This document shows positions 62,816-64,000 of a stretch of 64,000 nucleotides of DNA, one piece after another (position 1 is the stretch's first letter; every line of letters starts with the position of its first letter). A program made the translations under genes and the position numbers. This DNA comes from Candidatus Bathyarchaeota archaeon. GTDB taxonomy: Archaea > Thermoproteota > Bathyarchaeia > 40CM-2-53-6. Location: positions 32,288 to 96,287 of the forward strand of contig CAWABQ010000010.1 in assembly GCA_963780265.1 (NCBI GenBank), written 5' to 3'. The notes under the pieces are model-generated. The model did no database searches. It was not told the origin of the DNA and saw nothing but the letters and a program-made list of their open reading frames with translations.

Positions 62816-64000
62816 TCAGAGTATTACGATGTTTTCGCGTTGGGGGCCCACTGACACGTACTGGATTGGCACCTTCGTAAGTTCCTCGATACGCCTTAGA
62901 TATGCCTGCGCTCCCTTTGGCAGGTCATCCCACTTTCGGGCGCCCGTTGTTGGTTTCTTCCAGCCCGCCCATTCCTCGTAGATAGGTTGCACTCTTCCCA
63001 AGTCAAAGGTGTCCGGCATTTCCGTAACTTCCTTTCCATCGAGGCGATAAGCTATGCAAACCTTCACCTTCTCCAAGGAGTCTAGCACGTCAAGTTTCGT
63101 GACTGCAAAGCCTGTGAAACCATTCAATGACACCGCATGACGGACGACCACAACATCTAACCAACCGCACCGTCGCGGCCGCTTAGTTGTCGCCCCATAT
63201 TCCTCACCGATTTCGCGTAGACGCTCTCCGTCCTTGTCGAAGAGCTCAGTGGGAAATGGGCCGCCACCAACTGCGGTCGTATATGCCTTCACAACCCCGA
63301 CTATCTTGTCAATCGAACGGGGCGATACGCCAGCTCCAGCACAGGCACCGCCAGCAGTGGGCGACGACGCGGTGCTGTAGGGGTAGATTCCCCAATCAAG
63401 GTCCCGCATTGCACCCAATTGCCCTTCGAGCAAAACTTTCTGCCCTTTTCCCAGCGCTTCCCGGAGGATTGGAAGCGAATCAACAATCCTCGCTCTCAGT
63501 TTATCGCCCCAATCCCTGGCTTGTTGCATGAGGTCTTCAAGTCGAAGGGGCGCCAAGCCATGGTAAGCCAACTCGTGGTTCTTGAGAGGAAGAACCGCCT
63601 TCAACCTCGTTTCCAGGAACTCGGGGTGAAGCAGGTCCCCAACTCGAACGCCTCTGTACGCCGCTTTGTCGCCGTAGACTGGTCCTATGCCGCGGCGCGT
63701 TGTTCCAAGGCCGCCTTTCTGTTCTCCCGCCCCGTCAAGGAGTCGGTGGTAAGGCCAAACAATATGTGCCCTTCTGTCGATCCAGAGGTTGTCGGTCTTA
63801 ATTCCGGCCTTCTCTAACGTTGCGATTTCATCGAGCAGGGAGGGCGGGTCGATTACTGTTCCTGCCCCGTCGATGCAGACGACTCGAGGGTAGAAGATAC
63901 CGGAGGGAATCAGGTGAAGCCTGAATGTGCCAAAATCATTCACGACCGTATGCCCTGCATTATTGCCTCCCTGAAACCTCACAACAAAATCGGCTTGGGC
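62816..64000 (-). CDS. purA: Adenylosuccinate synthetase (5' end outside the window)
   Basis: RFQGGNNAGHT, GTTRRGIGP, EYGATTKRPRRCGWLD, TKLDVL. Confidence 0.96.
   Translation of the reverse strand, partial: AQADFVVRFQGGNNAGHTVVNDFGTFRLHLIPSGIFYPRVVCIDGAGTVIDPPSLLDEIATLEKAGIKTDNLWIDRRAHIVWPYHRLLDGAGEQKGGLGTTRRGIGPVYGDKAAYRGVRVGDLLHPEFLETRLKAVLPLKNHELAYHGLAPLRLEDLMQQARDWGDKLRARIVDSLPILREALGKGQKVLLEGQLGAMRDLDWGIYPYSTASSPTAGGACAGAGVSPRSIDKIVGVVKAYTTAVGGGPFPTELFDKDGERLREIGEEYGATTKRPRRCGWLDVVVVRHAVSLNGFTGFAVTKLDVLDSLEKVKVCIAYRLDGKEVTEMPDTFDLGRVQPIYEEWAGWKKPTTGARKWDDLPKGAQAYLRRIEELTKVPIQYVSVGPQRENIVIL

Noticed and set aside
1..64000. CRISPR arrays, rRNA genes, inteins, and the long antisense ORFs in the ORF track
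   Set aside because: No repeat-spacer periodicity, rRNA signature or intein-sized insertion was seen; the antisense ORFs shadow well-supported genes.

Overview
Chromosomal segment of an archaeon, most likely TACK and probably Bathyarchaeia (inferred from gene content and BHB-type introns; not checked against a database). The core part carries cmk-rpl14e-cbf5-tRNA-Ser, rps13-rps4, rpoD-rpl18e-rpl13-rps9-rpoN-rps2-MEMO1, a large ether-lipid/mevalonate cluster (mvk, class II hmgA, DGGGP synthase, GGGP synthase, DUF2070, egsA, haloarchaeal-type phosphomevalonate decarboxylase), gltX, two divergent thermosome genes, a degenerate thiI, a dihydroorotase-like gene, radA/nucS, lsm, elp3, gatD/gatE, glmS, pip and purA. 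There are three accessory regions: a virus- or plasmid-like module at 1-3.5 kb (A32/FtsK-like ATPase, FUN14 protein, paired operators, ART-fold protein), an island downstream of tRNA-Ser (6.3-12.6 kb), and a 9 kb region between the thermosomes containing a 1.7 kb non-autonomous IS6-like element with an 8-bp target-site duplication. About 20 genes are broken by 1-2 nt indels, most likely long-read assembly errors. The cbf5 break is different: it is a 19-nt bulge-helix-bulge intron inside the catalytic Asp codon. tRNA-Ser(GGA) appears to carry two introns.
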